A stretch of 64,000 nucleotides of DNA from Lingula anatina. Taxonomy: Eukaryota; Animalia; Brachiopoda. The position numbers were made by a program, and so were the translations under genes. The notes below the pieces were generated by a model. The model saw nothing but the letters and a program-made list of their open reading frames with translations, was not told where the DNA came from and searched no databases. Location: contig CM120644.1 in NCBI GenBank assembly GCA_051362555.1, forward strand, positions 14,344,534 through 14,408,533, in the 5' to 3' direction. This document shows positions 1 to 15,000 of this stretch, piece after piece. How positions within the stretch are numbered: the first letter of the stretch is position 1; each line of letters starts with the position of its first letter.

Positions 1-3000
1 CCAAAATTGAAGAAATCTCACAGTGCCGGCACTGTTCAAAATCACTCAAAATCACCAAAAATCGACCCGTCTCCGATTTTTCCAAAAAGTGACGAAAATC
101 AATCTACCACACCTGTCATTCATAAAAAATGTGGAAACGCGCCCGGGTCACTTCATCAAGGCCCCCAATTCTAGCTTTAAAGATGATCCAAAAATAAGCT
201 CTGAGAACAGAATCTGAGAGGGGGGGGGGAGACAGAGTTTTTGCTCTATTTCTTCCTTAATGTTGACACCACCACTCTTCCAGCACTTTATTCTTACTAC
301 AAATGACCGAACACACCTACCTGACACTATAATGAAGAAAAAAAATTTTCATCCCTACCTGGCCAAAATTGAAGAAATCTCACAGTGCCGGCACTGTTCA
401 AAATCACTCAAAATCACCAAAAATCGACCCGTCTCCGATTTTTCCAAAAAGTGACGAAAATCAATCTACCACACCTGTCATTCATAAAAAATGTGGAAAC
501 GCGCCCGGGTCACTTCATCAAGGCCCCCAATTCTAGCTTTAAAGATGATCCAAAAATAAGCTCTGAGAACAGAATCTGAGAGGGGGGGGGGGGAGACAGA
601 GTTTTTGCTCTATTTCTTCCTTAATGTTGACACCACCACTCTTCCAGCACTTTATTCTTACTACAAATGACCGAACACACCTACCTGACACTATAATGAA
701 GAAAAAAAATTTTCATCCCTACCTGGCCAAAATTGAAGAAATCTCACAGTGCCGGCACTGTTCAAAATCACTCAAAATCACCAAAAATCGACCCGTCTCC
801 GATTTTTCCAAAAAGTGACGAAAATCAATCTACCACACCTGTCATTCATAAAAAATGTGGAAACGCGCCCGGGTCACTTCATCAAGGCCCCCAATTCTAG
901 CTTTAAAGATGATCCAAAAATAAGCTCTGAGAACAGAATCTGAGAGGGGGGGGGGAGACAGAGTTTTTGCTCTATTTCTTCCTTAATGTTGACACCACCA
1001 CTCTTCCAGCACTTTATTCTTACTACAAATGACCGAACACACCTACCTGACACTATAATGAAGAAAAAAAATTTTCATCCCTACCTGGCCAAAATTGAAG
1101 AAATCTCACAGTGCCGGCACTGTTCAAAATCACTCAAAATCACCAAAAATCGACCCGTCTCCGATTTTTCCAAAAAGTGACGAAAATCAATCTACCACAC
1201 CTGTCATTCATAAAAAATGTGGAAACGCGCCCGGGTCACTTCATCAAGGCCCCCAATTCTAGCTTTAAAGATGATCCAAAAATAAGCTCTGAGAACAGAA
1301 TCTGAGAGGGGGGGGGGGAGACAGAGTTTTTGCTCTATTTCTTCCTTAATGTTGACACCACCACTCTTCCAGCACTTTATTCTTACTACAAATGACCGAA
1401 CACACCTACCTGACACTATAATGAAGAAAAAAAATTTTCATCCCTACCTGGCCAAAATTGAAGAAATCTCACAGTGCCGGCACTGTTCAAAATCACTCAA
1501 AATCACCAAAAATCGACCCGTCTCCGATTTTTCCAAAAAGTGACGAAAATCAATCTACCACACCTGTCATTCATAAAAAATGTGGAAACGCGCCCGGGTC
1601 ACTTCATCAAGGCCCCCAATTCTAGCTTTAAAGATGATCTAAAAATAAGCTCTGAGAACAGAATCTGAGAGGGGGGGGGGGAGACAGAGTTTTTGCTCTA
1701 TTTCTTCCTTAATGTTGACACCACCACTCTTCCAGCACTTTATTCTTACTACAAATGACCGAACACACCTACCTGACACTATAATGAAGAAAAAAAATTT
1801 TCATCCCTACCTGGCCAAAATTGAAGAAATCTCACAGTGCCGGCACTGTTCAAAATCACTCAAAATCACCAAAAATCGACCCGTCTCCGATTTTTCCAAA
1901 AAGTGACGAAAATCAATCTACCACACCTGTCATTCATAAAAAATGTGGAAACGCGCCCGGGTCACTTCATCAAGGCCCCCAATTCTAGCTTTAAAGATGA
2001 TCCAAAAATAAGCTCTGAGAACAGAATCTGAGAGGGGGGGGGGAGACAGAGTTTTTGCTCTATTTCTTCCTTAATGTTGACACCACCACTCTTCCAGCAC
2101 TTTATTCTTACTACAAATGACCGAACACACCTACCTGACACTATAATGAAGAAAAAAAATTTTCATCCCTACCTGGCCAAAATTGAAGAAATCTCACAGT
2201 GCCGGCACTGTTCAAAATCACTCAAAATCACCAAAAATCGACCCGTCTCCGATTTTTCCAAAAAGTGACGAAAATCAATCTACCACACCTGTCATTCATA
2301 AAAAATGTGGAAACGCGCCCGGGTCACTTCATCAAGGCCCCCAATTCTAGCTTTAAAGATGATCCAAAAATAAGCTCTGAGAACAGAATCTGAGAGGGGG
2401 GGGGGAGACAGAGTTTTTGCTCTATTTCTTCCTTAATGTTGACACCACCACTCTTCCAGCACTTTATTCTTACTACAAATGACCGAACACACCTACCTGA
2501 CACTATAATGAAGAAAAAAAATTTTCATCCCTACCTGGCCAAAATTGAAGAAATCTCACAGTGCCGGCACTGTTCAAAATCACTCAAAATCACCAAAAAT
2601 CGACCCGTCTCCGATTTTTCCAAAAAGTGACGAAAATCAATCTACCACACCTGTCATTCATAAAAAATGTGGAAACGCGCCCGGGTCACTTCATCAAGGC
2701 CCCCAATTCTAGCTTTAAAGATGATCCAAAAATAAGCTCTGAGAACAGAATCTGAGAGGGGGGGGGGGAGACAGAGTTTTTGCTCTATTTCTTCCTTAAT
2801 GTTGACACCACCACTCTTCCAGCACTTTATTCTTACTACAAATGACCGAACACACCTACCTGACACTATAATGAAGAAAAAAAATTTTCATCCCTACCTG
2901 GCCAAAATTGAAGAAATCTCACAGTGCCGGCACTGTTCAAAATCACTCAAAATCACCAAAAATCGACCCGTCTCCGATTTTTCCAAAAAGTGACGAAAAT

Positions 3001-6000
3001 CAATCTACCACACCTGTCATTCATAAAAAATGTGGAAACGCGCCCGGGTCACTTCATCAAGGCCCCCAATTCTAGCTTTAAAGATGATCCAAAAATAAGC
3101 TCTGAGAACAGAATCTGAGAGGGGGGGGGGGAGACAGAGTTTTTGCTCTATTTCTTCCTTAATGTTGACACCACCACTCTTCCAGCACTTTATTCTTACT
3201 ACAAATGACCGAACACACCTACCTGACACTATAATGAAGAAAAAAAATTTTCATCCCTACCTGGCCAAAATTGAAGAAATCTCACAGTGCCGGCACTGTT
3301 CAAAATCACTCAAAATCACCAAAAATCGACCCGTCTCCGATTTTTCCAAAAAGTGACGAAAATCAATCTACCACACCTGTCATTCATAAAAAATGTGGAA
3401 ACGCGCCCGGGTCACTTCATCAAGGCCCCCAATTCTAGCTTTAAAGATGATCCAAAAATAAGCTCTGAGAACAGAATCTGAGAGGGGGGGGGGGAGACAG
3501 AGTTTTTGCTCTATTTCTTCCTTAATGTTGACACCACCACTCTTCCAGCACTTTATTCTTACTACAAATGACCGAACACACCTACCTGACACTATAATGA
3601 AGAAAAAAAATTTTCATCCCTACCTGGCCAAAATTGAAGAAATCTCACAGTGCCGGCACTGTTCAAAATCACTCAAAATCACCAAAAATCGACCCGTCTC
3701 CGATTTTTCCAAAAAGTGACGAAAATCAATCTACCACACCTGTCATTCATAAAAAATGTGGAAACGCGCCCGGGTCACTTCATCAAGGCCCCCAATTCTA
3801 GCTTTAAAGATGATCCAAAAATAAGCTCTGAGAACAGAATCTGAGAGGGGGGGGGGGAGACAGAGTTTTTGCTCTATTTCTTCCTTAATGTTGACACCAC
3901 CACTCTTCCAGCACTTTATTCTTACTACAAATGACCGAACACACCTACCTGACACTATAATGAAGAAAAAAAATTTTCATCCCTACCTGGCCAAAATTGA
4001 AGAAATCTCACAGTGCCGGCACTGTTCAAAATCACTCAAAATCACCAAAAATCGACCCGTCTCCGATTTTTCCAAAAAGTGACGAAAATCAATCTACCAC
4101 ACCTGTCATTCATAAAAAATGTGGAAACGCGCCCGGGTCACTTCATCAAGGCCCCCAATTCTAGCTTTAAAGATGATCCAAAAATAAGCTCTGAGAACAG
4201 AATCTGAGAGGGGGGGGGGGAGACAGAGTTTTTGCTCTATTTCTTCCTTAATGTTGACACCACCACTCTTCCAGCACTTTATTCTTACTACAAATGACCG
4301 AACACACCTACCTGACACTATAATGAAGAAAAAAAATTTTCATCCCTACCTGGCCAAAATTGAAGAAATCTCACAGTGCCGGCACTGTTCAAAATCACTC
4401 AAAATCACCAAAAATCGACCCGTCTCCGATTTTTCCAAAAAGTGACGAAAATCAATCTACCACACCTGTCATTCATAAAAAATGTGGAAACGCGCCCGGG
4501 TCACTTCATCAAGGCCCCCAATTCTAGCTTTAAAGATGATCCCAAAAATAAGCTCTGAGAACAGAATCTGAGAGGGGGGGGGGGAGACAGAGTTTTTGCT
4601 CTATTTCTTCCTTAATGTTGACACCACCACTCTTCCAGCACTTTATTCTTACTACAAATGACCGAACACACCTACCTGACACTATAATGAAGAAAAAAAA
4701 TTTTCATCCCTACCTGGCCAAAATTGAAGAAATCTCACAGTGCCGGCACTGTTCAAAATCACTCAAAATCACCAAAAATCGACCCGTCTCCGATTTTTCC
4801 AAAAAGTGACGAAAATCAATCTACCACACCTGTCATTCATAAAAAATGTGGAAACGCGCCCGGGTCACTTCATCAAGGCCCCCAATTCTAGCTTTAAAGA
4901 TGATCCAAAAATAAGCTCTGAGAACAGAATCTGAGAGGGGGGGGGGGAGACAGAGTTTTTGCTCTATTTCTTCCTTAATGTTGACACCACCACTCTTCCA
5001 GCACTTTATTCTTACTACAAATGACCGAACACACCTACCTGACACTATAATGAAGAAAAAAAATTTTCATCCCTACCTGGCCAAAATTGAAGAAATCTCA
5101 CAGTGCCGGCACTGTTCAAAATCACTCAAAATCACCAAAAATCGACCCGTCTCCGATTTTTCCAAAAAGTGACGAAAATCAATCTACCACACCTGTCATT
5201 CATAAAAAATGTGGAAACGCGCCCGGGTCACTTCATCAAGGCCCCCAATTCTAGCTTTAAAGATGATCCAAAAATAAGCTCTGAGAACAGAATCTGAGAG
5301 GGGGGGGGGGAGACAGAGTTTTTGCTCTATTTCTTCCTTAATGTTGACACCACCACTCTTCCAGCACTTTATTCTTACTACAAATGACCGAACACACCTA
5401 CCTGACACTATAATGAAGAAAAAAAATTTTCATCCCTACCTGGCCAAAATTGAAGAAATCTCACAGTGCCGGCACTGTTCAAAATCACTCAAAATCACCA
5501 AAAATCGACCCGTCTCCGATTTTTCCAAAAAGTGACGAAAATCAATCTACCACACCTGTCATTCATAAAAAATGTGGAAACGCGCCCGGGTCACTTCATC
5601 AAGGCCCCCAATTCTAGCTTTAAAGATGATCCAAAAATAAGCTCTGAGAACAGAATCTGAGAGGGGGGGGGGGAGACAGAGTTTTTGCTCTATTTCTTCC
5701 TTAATGTTGACACCACCACTCTTCCAGCACTTTATTCTTACTACAAATGACCGAACACACCTACCTGACACTATAATGAAGAAAAAAAATTTTCATCCCT
5801 ACCTGGCCAAAATTGAAGAAATCTCACAGTGCCGGCACTGTTCAAAATCACTCAAAATCACCAAAAATCGACCCGTCTCCGATTTTTCCAAAAAGTGACG
5901 AAAATCAATCTACCACACCTGTCATTCATAAAAAATGTGGAAACGCGCCCGGGTCACTTCATCAAGGCCCCCAATTCTAGCTTTAAAGATGATCCAAAAA

Positions 6001-9000
6001 TAAGCTCTGAGAACAGAATCTGAGAGGGGGGGGGGGAGACAGAGTTTTTGCTCTATTTCTTCCTTAATGTTGACACCACCACTCTTCCAGCACTTTATTC
6101 TTACTACAAATGACCGAACACACCTACCTGACACTATAATGAAGAAAAAAAATTTTCATCCCTACCTGGCCAAAATTGAAGAAATCTCACAGTGCCGGCA
6201 CTGTTCAAAATCACTCAAAATCACCAAAAATCGACCCGTCTCCGATTTTTCCAAAAAGTGACGAAAATCAATCTACCACACCTGTCATTCATAAAAAATG
6301 TGGAAACGCGCCCGGGTCACTTCATCAAGGCCCCCAATTCTAGCTTTAAAGATGATCCAAAAATAAGCTCTGAGAACAGAATCTGAGAGGGGGGGGGGGA
6401 GACAGAGTTTTTGCTCTATTTCTTCCTTAATGTTGACACCACCACTCTTCCAGCACTTTATTCTTACTACAAATGACCGAACACACCTACCTGACACTAT
6501 AATGAAGAAAAAAAATTTTCATCCCTACCTGGCCAAAATTGAAGAAATCTCACAGTGCCGGCACTGTTCAAAATCACTCAAAATCACCAAAAATCGACCC
6601 GTCTCCGATTTTTCCAAAAAGTGACGAAAATCAATCTACCACACCTGTCATTCATAAAAAATGTGGAAACGCGCCCGGGTCACTTCATCAAGGCCCCCAA
6701 TTCTAGCTTTAAAGATGATCCAAAAATAAGCTCTGAGAACAGAATCTGAGAGGGGGGGGGGGAGACAGAGTTTTTGCTCTATTTCTTCCTTAATGTTGAC
6801 ACCACCACTCTTCCAGCACTTTATTCTTACTACAAATGACCGAACACACCTACCTGACACTATAATGAAGAAAAAAAATTTTCATCCCTACCTGGCCAAA
6901 ATTGAAGAAATCTCACAGTGCCGGCACTGTTCAAAATCACTCAAAATCACCAAAAATCGACCCGTCTCCGATTTTTCCAAAAAGTGACGAAAATCAATCT
7001 ACCACACCTGTCATTCATAAAAAATGTGGAAACGCGCCCGGGTCACTTCATCAAGGCCCCCAATTCTAGCTTTAAAGATGATCCAAAAATAAGCTCTGAG
7101 AACAGAATCTGAGAGGGGGGGGGGGAGACAGAGTTTTTGCTCTATTTCTTCCTTAATGTTGACACCACCACTCTTCCAGCACTTTATTCTTACTACAAAT
7201 GACCGAACACACCTACCTGACACTATAATGAAGAAAAAAAATTTTCATCCCTACCTGGCCAAAATTGAAGAAATCTCACAGTGCCGGCACTGTTCAAAAT
7301 CACTCAAAATCACCAAAAATCGACCCGTCTCCGATTTTTCCAAAAAGTGACGAAAATCAATCTACCACACCTGTCATTCATAAAAAATGTGGAAACGCGC
7401 CCGGGTCACTTCATCAAGGCCCCCAATTCTAGCTTTAAAGATGATCCAAAAATAAGCTCTGAGAACAGAATCTGAGAGGGGGGGGGGGAGACAGAGTTTT
7501 TGCTCTATTTCTTCCTTAATGTTGACACCACCACTCTTCCAGCACTTTATTCTTACTACAAATGACCGAACACACCTACCTGACACTATAATGAAGAAAA
7601 AAAATTTTCATCCCTACCTGGCCAAAATTGAAGAAATCTCACAGTGCCGGCACTGTTCAAAATCACTCAAAATCACCAAAAATCGACCCGTCTCCGATTT
7701 TTCCAAAAAGTGACGAAAATCAATCTACCACACCTGTCATTCATAAAAAATGTGGAAACGCGCCCGGGTCACTTCATCAAGGCCCCCAATTCTAGCTTTA
7801 AAGATGATCCAAAAATAAGCTCTGAGAACAGAATCTGAGAGGGGGGGGGGGAGACAGAGTTTTTGCTCTATTTCTTCCTTAATGTTGACACCACCACTCT
7901 TCCAGCACTTTATTCTTACTACAAATGACCGAACACACCTACCTGACACTATAATGAAGAAAAAAAATTTTCATCCCTACCTGGCCAAAATTGAAGAAAT
8001 CTCACAGTGCCGGCACTGTTCAAAATCACTCAAAATCACCAAAAATCGACCCGTCTCCGATTTTTCCAAAAAGTGACGAAAATCAATCTACCACACCTGT
8101 CATTCATAAAAAATGTGGAAACGCGCCCGGGTCACTTCATCAAGGCCCCCAATTCTAGCTTTAAAGATGATCCAAAAATAAGCTCTGAGAACAGAATCTG
8201 AGAGGGGGGGGGGGAGACAGAGTTTTTGCTCTATTTCTTCCTTAATGTTGACACCACCACTCTTCCAGCACTTTATTCTTACTACAAATGACCGAACACA
8301 CCTACCTGACACTATAATGAAGAAAAAAAATTTTCATCCCTACCTGGCCAAAATTGAAGAAATCTCACAGTGCCGGCACTGTTCAAAATCACTCAAAATC
8401 ACCAAAAATCGACCCGTCTCCGATTTTTCCAAAAAGTGACGAAAATCAATCTACCACACCTGTCATTCATAAAAAATGTGGAAACGCGCCCGGGTCACTT
8501 CATCAAGGCCCCCAATTCTAGCTTTAAAGATGATCCAAAAATAAGCTCTGAGAACAGAATCTGAGAGGGGGGGGGGGAGACAGAGTTTTTGCTCTATTTC
8601 TTCCTTAATGTTGACACCACCACTCTTCCAGCACTTTATTCTTACTACAAATGACCGAACACACCTACCTGACACTATAATGAAGAAAAAAAATTTTCAT
8701 CCCTACCTGGCCAAAATTGAAGAAATCTCACAGTGCCGGCACTGTTCAAAATCACTCAAAATCACCAAAAATCGACCCGTCTCCGATTTTTCCAAAAAGT
8801 GACGAAAATCAATCTACCACACCTGTCATTCATAAAAAATGTGGAAACGCGCCCGGGTCACTTCATCAAGGCCCCCAATTCTAGCTTTAAAGATGATCCA
8901 AAAATAAGCTCTGAGAACAGAATCTGAGAGGGGGGGGGGGAGACAGAGTTTTTGCTCTATTTCTTCCTTAATGTTGACACCACCACTCTTCCAGCACTTT

Positions 9001-12000
9001 ATTCTTACTACAAATGACCGAACACACCTACCTGACACTATAATGAAGAAAAAAAATTTTCATCCCTACCTGGCCAAAATTGAAGAAATCTCACAGTGCC
9101 GGCACTGTTCAAAATCACTCAAAATCACCAAAAATCGACCCGTCTCCGATTTTTCCAAAAAGTGACGAAAATCAATCTACCACACCTGTCATTCATAAAA
9201 AATGTGGAAACGCGCCCGGGTCACTTCATCAAGGCCCCCAATTCTAGCTTTAAAGATGATCCAAAAATAAGCTCTGAGAACAGAATCTGAGAGGGGGGGG
9301 GGGAGACAGAGTTTTTGCTCTATTTCTTCCTTAATGTTGACACCACCACTCTTCCAGCACTTTATTCTTACTACAAATGACCGAACACACCTACCTGACA
9401 CTATAATGAAGAAAAAAAATTTTCATCCCTACCTGGCCAAAATTGAAGAAATCTCACAGTGCCGGCACTGTTCAAAATCACTCAAAATCACCAAAAATCG
9501 ACCCGTCTCCGATTTTTCCAAAAAGTGACGAAAATCAATCTACCACACCTGTCATTCATAAAAAATGTGGAAACGCGCCCGGGTCACTTCATCAAGGCCC
9601 CCAATTCTAGCTTTAAAGATGATCCAAAAATAAGCTCTGAGAACAGAATCTGAGAGGGGGGGGGGGAGACAGAGTTTTTGCTCTATTTCTTCCTTAATGT
9701 TGACACCACCACTCTTCCAGCACTTTATTCTTACTACAAATGACCGAACACACCTACCTGACACTATAATGAAGAAAAAAAATTTTCATCCCTACCTGGC
9801 CAAAATTGAAGAAATCTCACAGTGCCGGCACTGTTCAAAATCACTCAAAATCACCAAAAATCGACCCGTCTCCGATTTTTCCAAAAAGTGACGAAAATCA
9901 ATCTACCACACCTGTCATTCATAAAAAATGTGGAAACGCGCCCGGGTCACTTCATCAAGGCCCCCAATTCTAGCTTTAAAGATGATCCAAAAATAAGCTC
10001 TGAGAACAGAATCTGAGAGGGGGGGGGGGAGACAGAGTTTTTGCTCTATTTCTTCCTTAATGTTGACACCACCACTCTTCCAGCACTTTATTCTTACTAC
10101 AAATGACCGAACACACCTACCTGACACTATAATGAAGAAAAAAAATTTTCATCCCTACCTGGCCAAAATTGAAGAAATCTCACAGTGCCGGCACTGTTCA
10201 AAATCACTCAAAATCACCAAAAATCGACCCGTCTCCGATTTTTCCAAAAAGTGACGAAAATCAATCTACCACACCTGTCATTCATAAAAAATGTGGAAAC
10301 GCGCCCGGGTCACTTCATCAAGGCCCCCAATTCTAGCTTTAAAGATGATCCAAAAATAAGCTCTGAGAACAGAATCTGAGAGGGGGGGGGGGAGACAGAG
10401 TTTTTGCTCTATTTCTTCCTTAATGTTGACACCACCACTCTTCCAGCACTTTATTCTTACTACAAATGACCGAACACACCTACCTGACACTATAATGAAG
10501 AAAAAAAATTTTCATCCCTACCTGGCCAAAATTGAAGAAATCTCACAGTGCCGGCACTGTTCAAAATCACTCAAAATCACCAAAAATCGACCCGTCTCCG
10601 ATTTTTCCAAAAAGTGACGAAAATCAATCTACCACACCTGTCATTCATAAAAAATGTGGAAACGCGCCCGGGTCACTTCATCAAGGCCCCCAATTCTAGC
10701 TTTAAAGATGATCCAAAAATAAGCTCTGAGAACAGAATCTGAGAGGGGGGGGGGGGAGACAGAGTTTTTGCTCTATTTCTTCCTTAATGTTGACACCACC
10801 ACTCTTCCAGCACTTTATTCTTACTACAAATGACCGAACACACCTACCTGACACTATAATGAAGAAAAAAAATTTTCATCCCTACCTGGCCAAAATTGAA
10901 GAAATCTCACAGTGCCGGCACTGTTCAAAATCACTCAAAATCACCAAAAATCGACCCGTCTCCGATTTTTCCAAAAAGTGACGAAAATCAATCTACCACA
11001 CCTGTCATTCATAAAAAATGTGGAAACGCGCCCGGGTCACTTCATCAAGGCCCCCAATTCTAGCTTTAAAGATGATCCAAAAATAAGCTCTGAGAACAGA
11101 ATCTGAGAGGGGGGGGGGGAGACAGAGTTTTTGCTCTATTTCTTCCTTAATGTTGACACCACCACTCTTCCAGCACTTTATTCTTACTACAAATGACCGA
11201 ACACACCTACCTGACACTATAATGAAGAAAAAAAATTTTCATCCCTACCTGGCCAAAATTGAAGAAATCTCACAGTGCCGGCACTGTTCAAAATCACTCA
11301 AAATCACCAAAAATCGACCCGTCTCCGATTTTTCCAAAAAGTGACGAAAATCAATCTACCACACCTGTCATTCATAAAAAATGTGGAAACGCGCCCGGGT
11401 CACTTCATCAAGGCCCCCAATTCTAGCTTTAAAGATGATCCAAAAATAAGCTCTGAGAACAGAATCTGAGAGGGGGGGGGGGAGACAGAGTTTTTGCTCT
11501 ATTTCTTCCTTAATGTTGACACCACCACTCTTCCAGCACTTTATTCTTACTACAAATGACCGAACACACCTACCTGACACTATAATGAAGAAAAAAAATT
11601 TTCATCCCTACCTGGCCAAAATTGAAGAAATCTCACAGTGCCGGCACTGTTCAAAATCACTCAAAATCACCAAAAATCGACCCGTCTCCGATTTTTCCAA
11701 AAAGTGACGAAAATCAATCTACCACACCTGTCATTCATAAAAAATGTGGAAACGCGCCCGGGTCACTTCATCAAGGCCCCCAATTCTAGCTTTAAAGATG
11801 ATCCAAAAATAAGCTCTGAGAACAGAATCTGAGAGGGGGGGGGGGGAGACAGAGTTTTTGCTCTATTTCTTCCTTAATGTTGACACCACCACTCTTCCAG
11901 CACTTTATTCTTACTACAAATGACCGAACACACCTACCTGACACTATAATGAAGAAAAAAAATTTTCATCCCTACCTGGCCAAAATTGAAGAAATCTCAC

Positions 12001-15000
12001 AGTGCCGGCACTGTTCAAAATCACTCAAAATCACCAAAAATCGACCCGTCTCCGATTTTTCCAAAAAGTGACGAAAATCAATCTACCACACCTGTCATTC
12101 ATAAAAAATGTGGAAACGCGCCCGGGTCACTTCATCAAGGCCCCCAATTCTAGCTTTAAAGATGATCCAAAAATAAGCTCTGAGAACAGAATCTGAGAGG
12201 GGGGGGGGGAGACAGAGTTTTTGCTCTATTTCTTCCTTAATGTTGACACCACCACTCTTCCAGCACTTTATTCTTACTACAAATGACCGAACACACCTAC
12301 CTGACACTATAATGAAGAAAAAAAATTTTCATCCCTACCTGGCCAAAATTGAAGAAATCTCACAGTGCCGGCACTGTTCAAAATCACTCAAAATCACCAA
12401 AAATCGACCCGTCTCCGATTTTTCCAAAAAGTGACGAAAATCAATCTACCACACCTGTCATTCATAAAAAATGTGGAAACGCGCCCGGGTCACTTCATCT
12501 TCATCAAGGCCCCCAATTCTAGCTTTAAAGATGATCCAAAAATAAGCTCTGAGAACAGAATCTGAGAGGGGGGGGGGAGAGACAGAGTTTTTGCTCTATT
12601 TCTTCCTTAATGTTGACACCACCACTCTTCCAGCACTTTATTCTTACTACAAATGACCGAACACACCTACCTGACACTATAATGAAGAAAAAAAATTTTC
12701 ATCCCTACCTGGCCAAAATTGAAGAAATCTCACAGTGCCGGCACTGTTCAAAATCACTCAAAATCACCAAAAATCGACCCGTCTCCGATTTTTCCAAAAA
12801 GTGACGAAAATCAATCTACCACACCTGTCATTCATAAAAAATGTGGAAACGCGCCCGGGTCACTTCATCAAGGCCCCCAATTCTAGCTTTAAAGATGATC
12901 CAAAAATAAGCTCTGAGAACAGAATCTGAGAGGGGGGGGGGAGAGACAGAGTTTTTGCTCTATTTCTTCCTTAATGTTGACACCACCACTCTTCCAGCAC
13001 TTTATTCTTACTACAAATGACCGAACACACCTACCTGACACTATAATGAAGAAAAAAAATTTTCATCCCTACCTGGCCAAAATTGAAGAAATCTCACAGT
13101 GCCGGCACTGTTCAAAATCACTCAAAATCACCAAAAATCGACCCGTCTCCGATTTTTCCAAAAAGTGACGAAAATCAATCTACCACACCTGTCATTCATA
13201 AAAAATGTGGAAACGCGCCCGGGTCACTTCATCAAGGCCCCCAATTCTAGCTTTAAAGATGATCCAAAAATAAGCTCTGAGAACAGAATCTGAGAGGGGG
13301 GGGAGAGAGACAGAGTTTTTGCTCTATTTCTTCCTTAATGTTGACACCACCACTCTTCCAGCACTTTATTCTTACTACAAATGACCGAACACACCTACCT
13401 GACACTATAATGAAGAAAAAAAATTTTCATCCCTACCTGGCCAAAATTGAAGAAATCTCACAGTGCCGGCACTGTTCAAAATCACTCAAAATCACCAAAA
13501 ATCGACCCGTCTCCGATTTTTCCAAAAAGTGACGAAAGTCAATCTACCACACCTGTCATTCATAAAAAATGTGGAAACGCGCCCGGGTCACTTCATCAAG
13601 GCCCCCAATTCTAGCTTTAAAGATGATCCAAAAGTAAGCTCTGAGAACAGAATCTGAGAGGGGGGGGGAGAGACAGAGTTTTTGCTCTATTTCTTCCTTA
13701 ATGTTGACACCACCACTCTTCCAGCACTTTATTCTTACTACAAATGACCGAACACACCTACCTGACACTATATATAATGAAGAAAAAAAATTTTCATCCC
13801 TACCTGGCCAAAATTGAAGAAATCTCACAGTGCCGGCACTGTTCAAAATCACTCAAAATCACCAAAAATCGACCCGTCTCCGATTTTTCCAAAAAGTGAC
13901 GAAAATCAATCTACCACACCTGTCATTCATAAAAAATGTGGAAACGCGCCCGGGTCACTTCATCAAGGCCCCCAATTCTAGCTTTAAAGATGATCCAAAA
14001 ATAAGCTCTGAGAACAGAATCTGAGAGGGGGGGGGAGAGACAGAGTTTTTGCTCTATTTCTTCCTTAATGTTGACACCACCACTCTTCCAGCACTTTATT
14101 CTTACTACAAATGACCGAACACACCTACCTGACACTATAATGAAGAAAAAAAATTTTCATCCCTACCTGGCCAAAATTGAAGAAATCTCACAGTGCCGGC
14201 ACTGTTCAAAATCACTCAAAATCACCAAAAATCGACCCGTCTCCGATTTTTCCAAAAAGTGACGAAAATCAATCTACCACACCTGTCATTCATAAAAAAT
14301 GTGGAAACGCGCCCGGGTCACTTCATCAAGGCCCCCAATTCTAGCTTTAAAGATGATCCAAAAATAAGCTCTGAGAACAGAATCTGAGAGGGGGGGGGAG
14401 AGACAGAGTTTTTGCTCTATTTCTTCCTTAATGTTGACACCACCACTCTTCCAGCACTTTATTCTTACTACAAATGACCGAACACACCTACCTGACACTA
14501 TATATAATGAAGAAAAAAAATTTTCATCCCTACCTGGCCAAAATTGAAGAAATCTCACAGTGCCGGCACTGTTCAAAATCACTCAAAATCACCAAAAATC
14601 GACCCGTCTCCGATTTTTCCAAAAAGTGACGAAAATCAATCTACCACACCTGTCATTCATAAAAAATGTGGAAACGCGCCCGGGTCACTTCATCAAGGCC
14701 CCCAATTCTAGCTTTAAAGATGATCCAAAAATAAGCTCTGAGAACAGAATCTGAGAGGGGGGGGGAGAGACAGAGTTTTTGCTCTATTTCTTCCTTAATG
14801 TTGACACCACCACTCTTCCAGCACTTTATTCTTACTACAAATGACCGAACACACCTACCTGACACTATATATAATGAAGAAAAAAAATTTTCATCCCTAC
14901 CTGGCCAAAATTGAAGAAATCTCACAGTGCCGGCACTGTTCAAAATCACTCAAAATCACCAAAAATCGACCCGTCTCCGATTTTTCCAAAAAGTGACGAA

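Noticed and set aside
1-363. Satellite as a 5S rRNA, tRNA, snRNA or spliced-leader gene array, or as containing a CENP-B box
   Set aside because: No A/B/C boxes or known RNA motif recognised on either strand; the CGGG motifs lack the TTCG....A spacing. A covariance-model search would be needed to exclude this fully.
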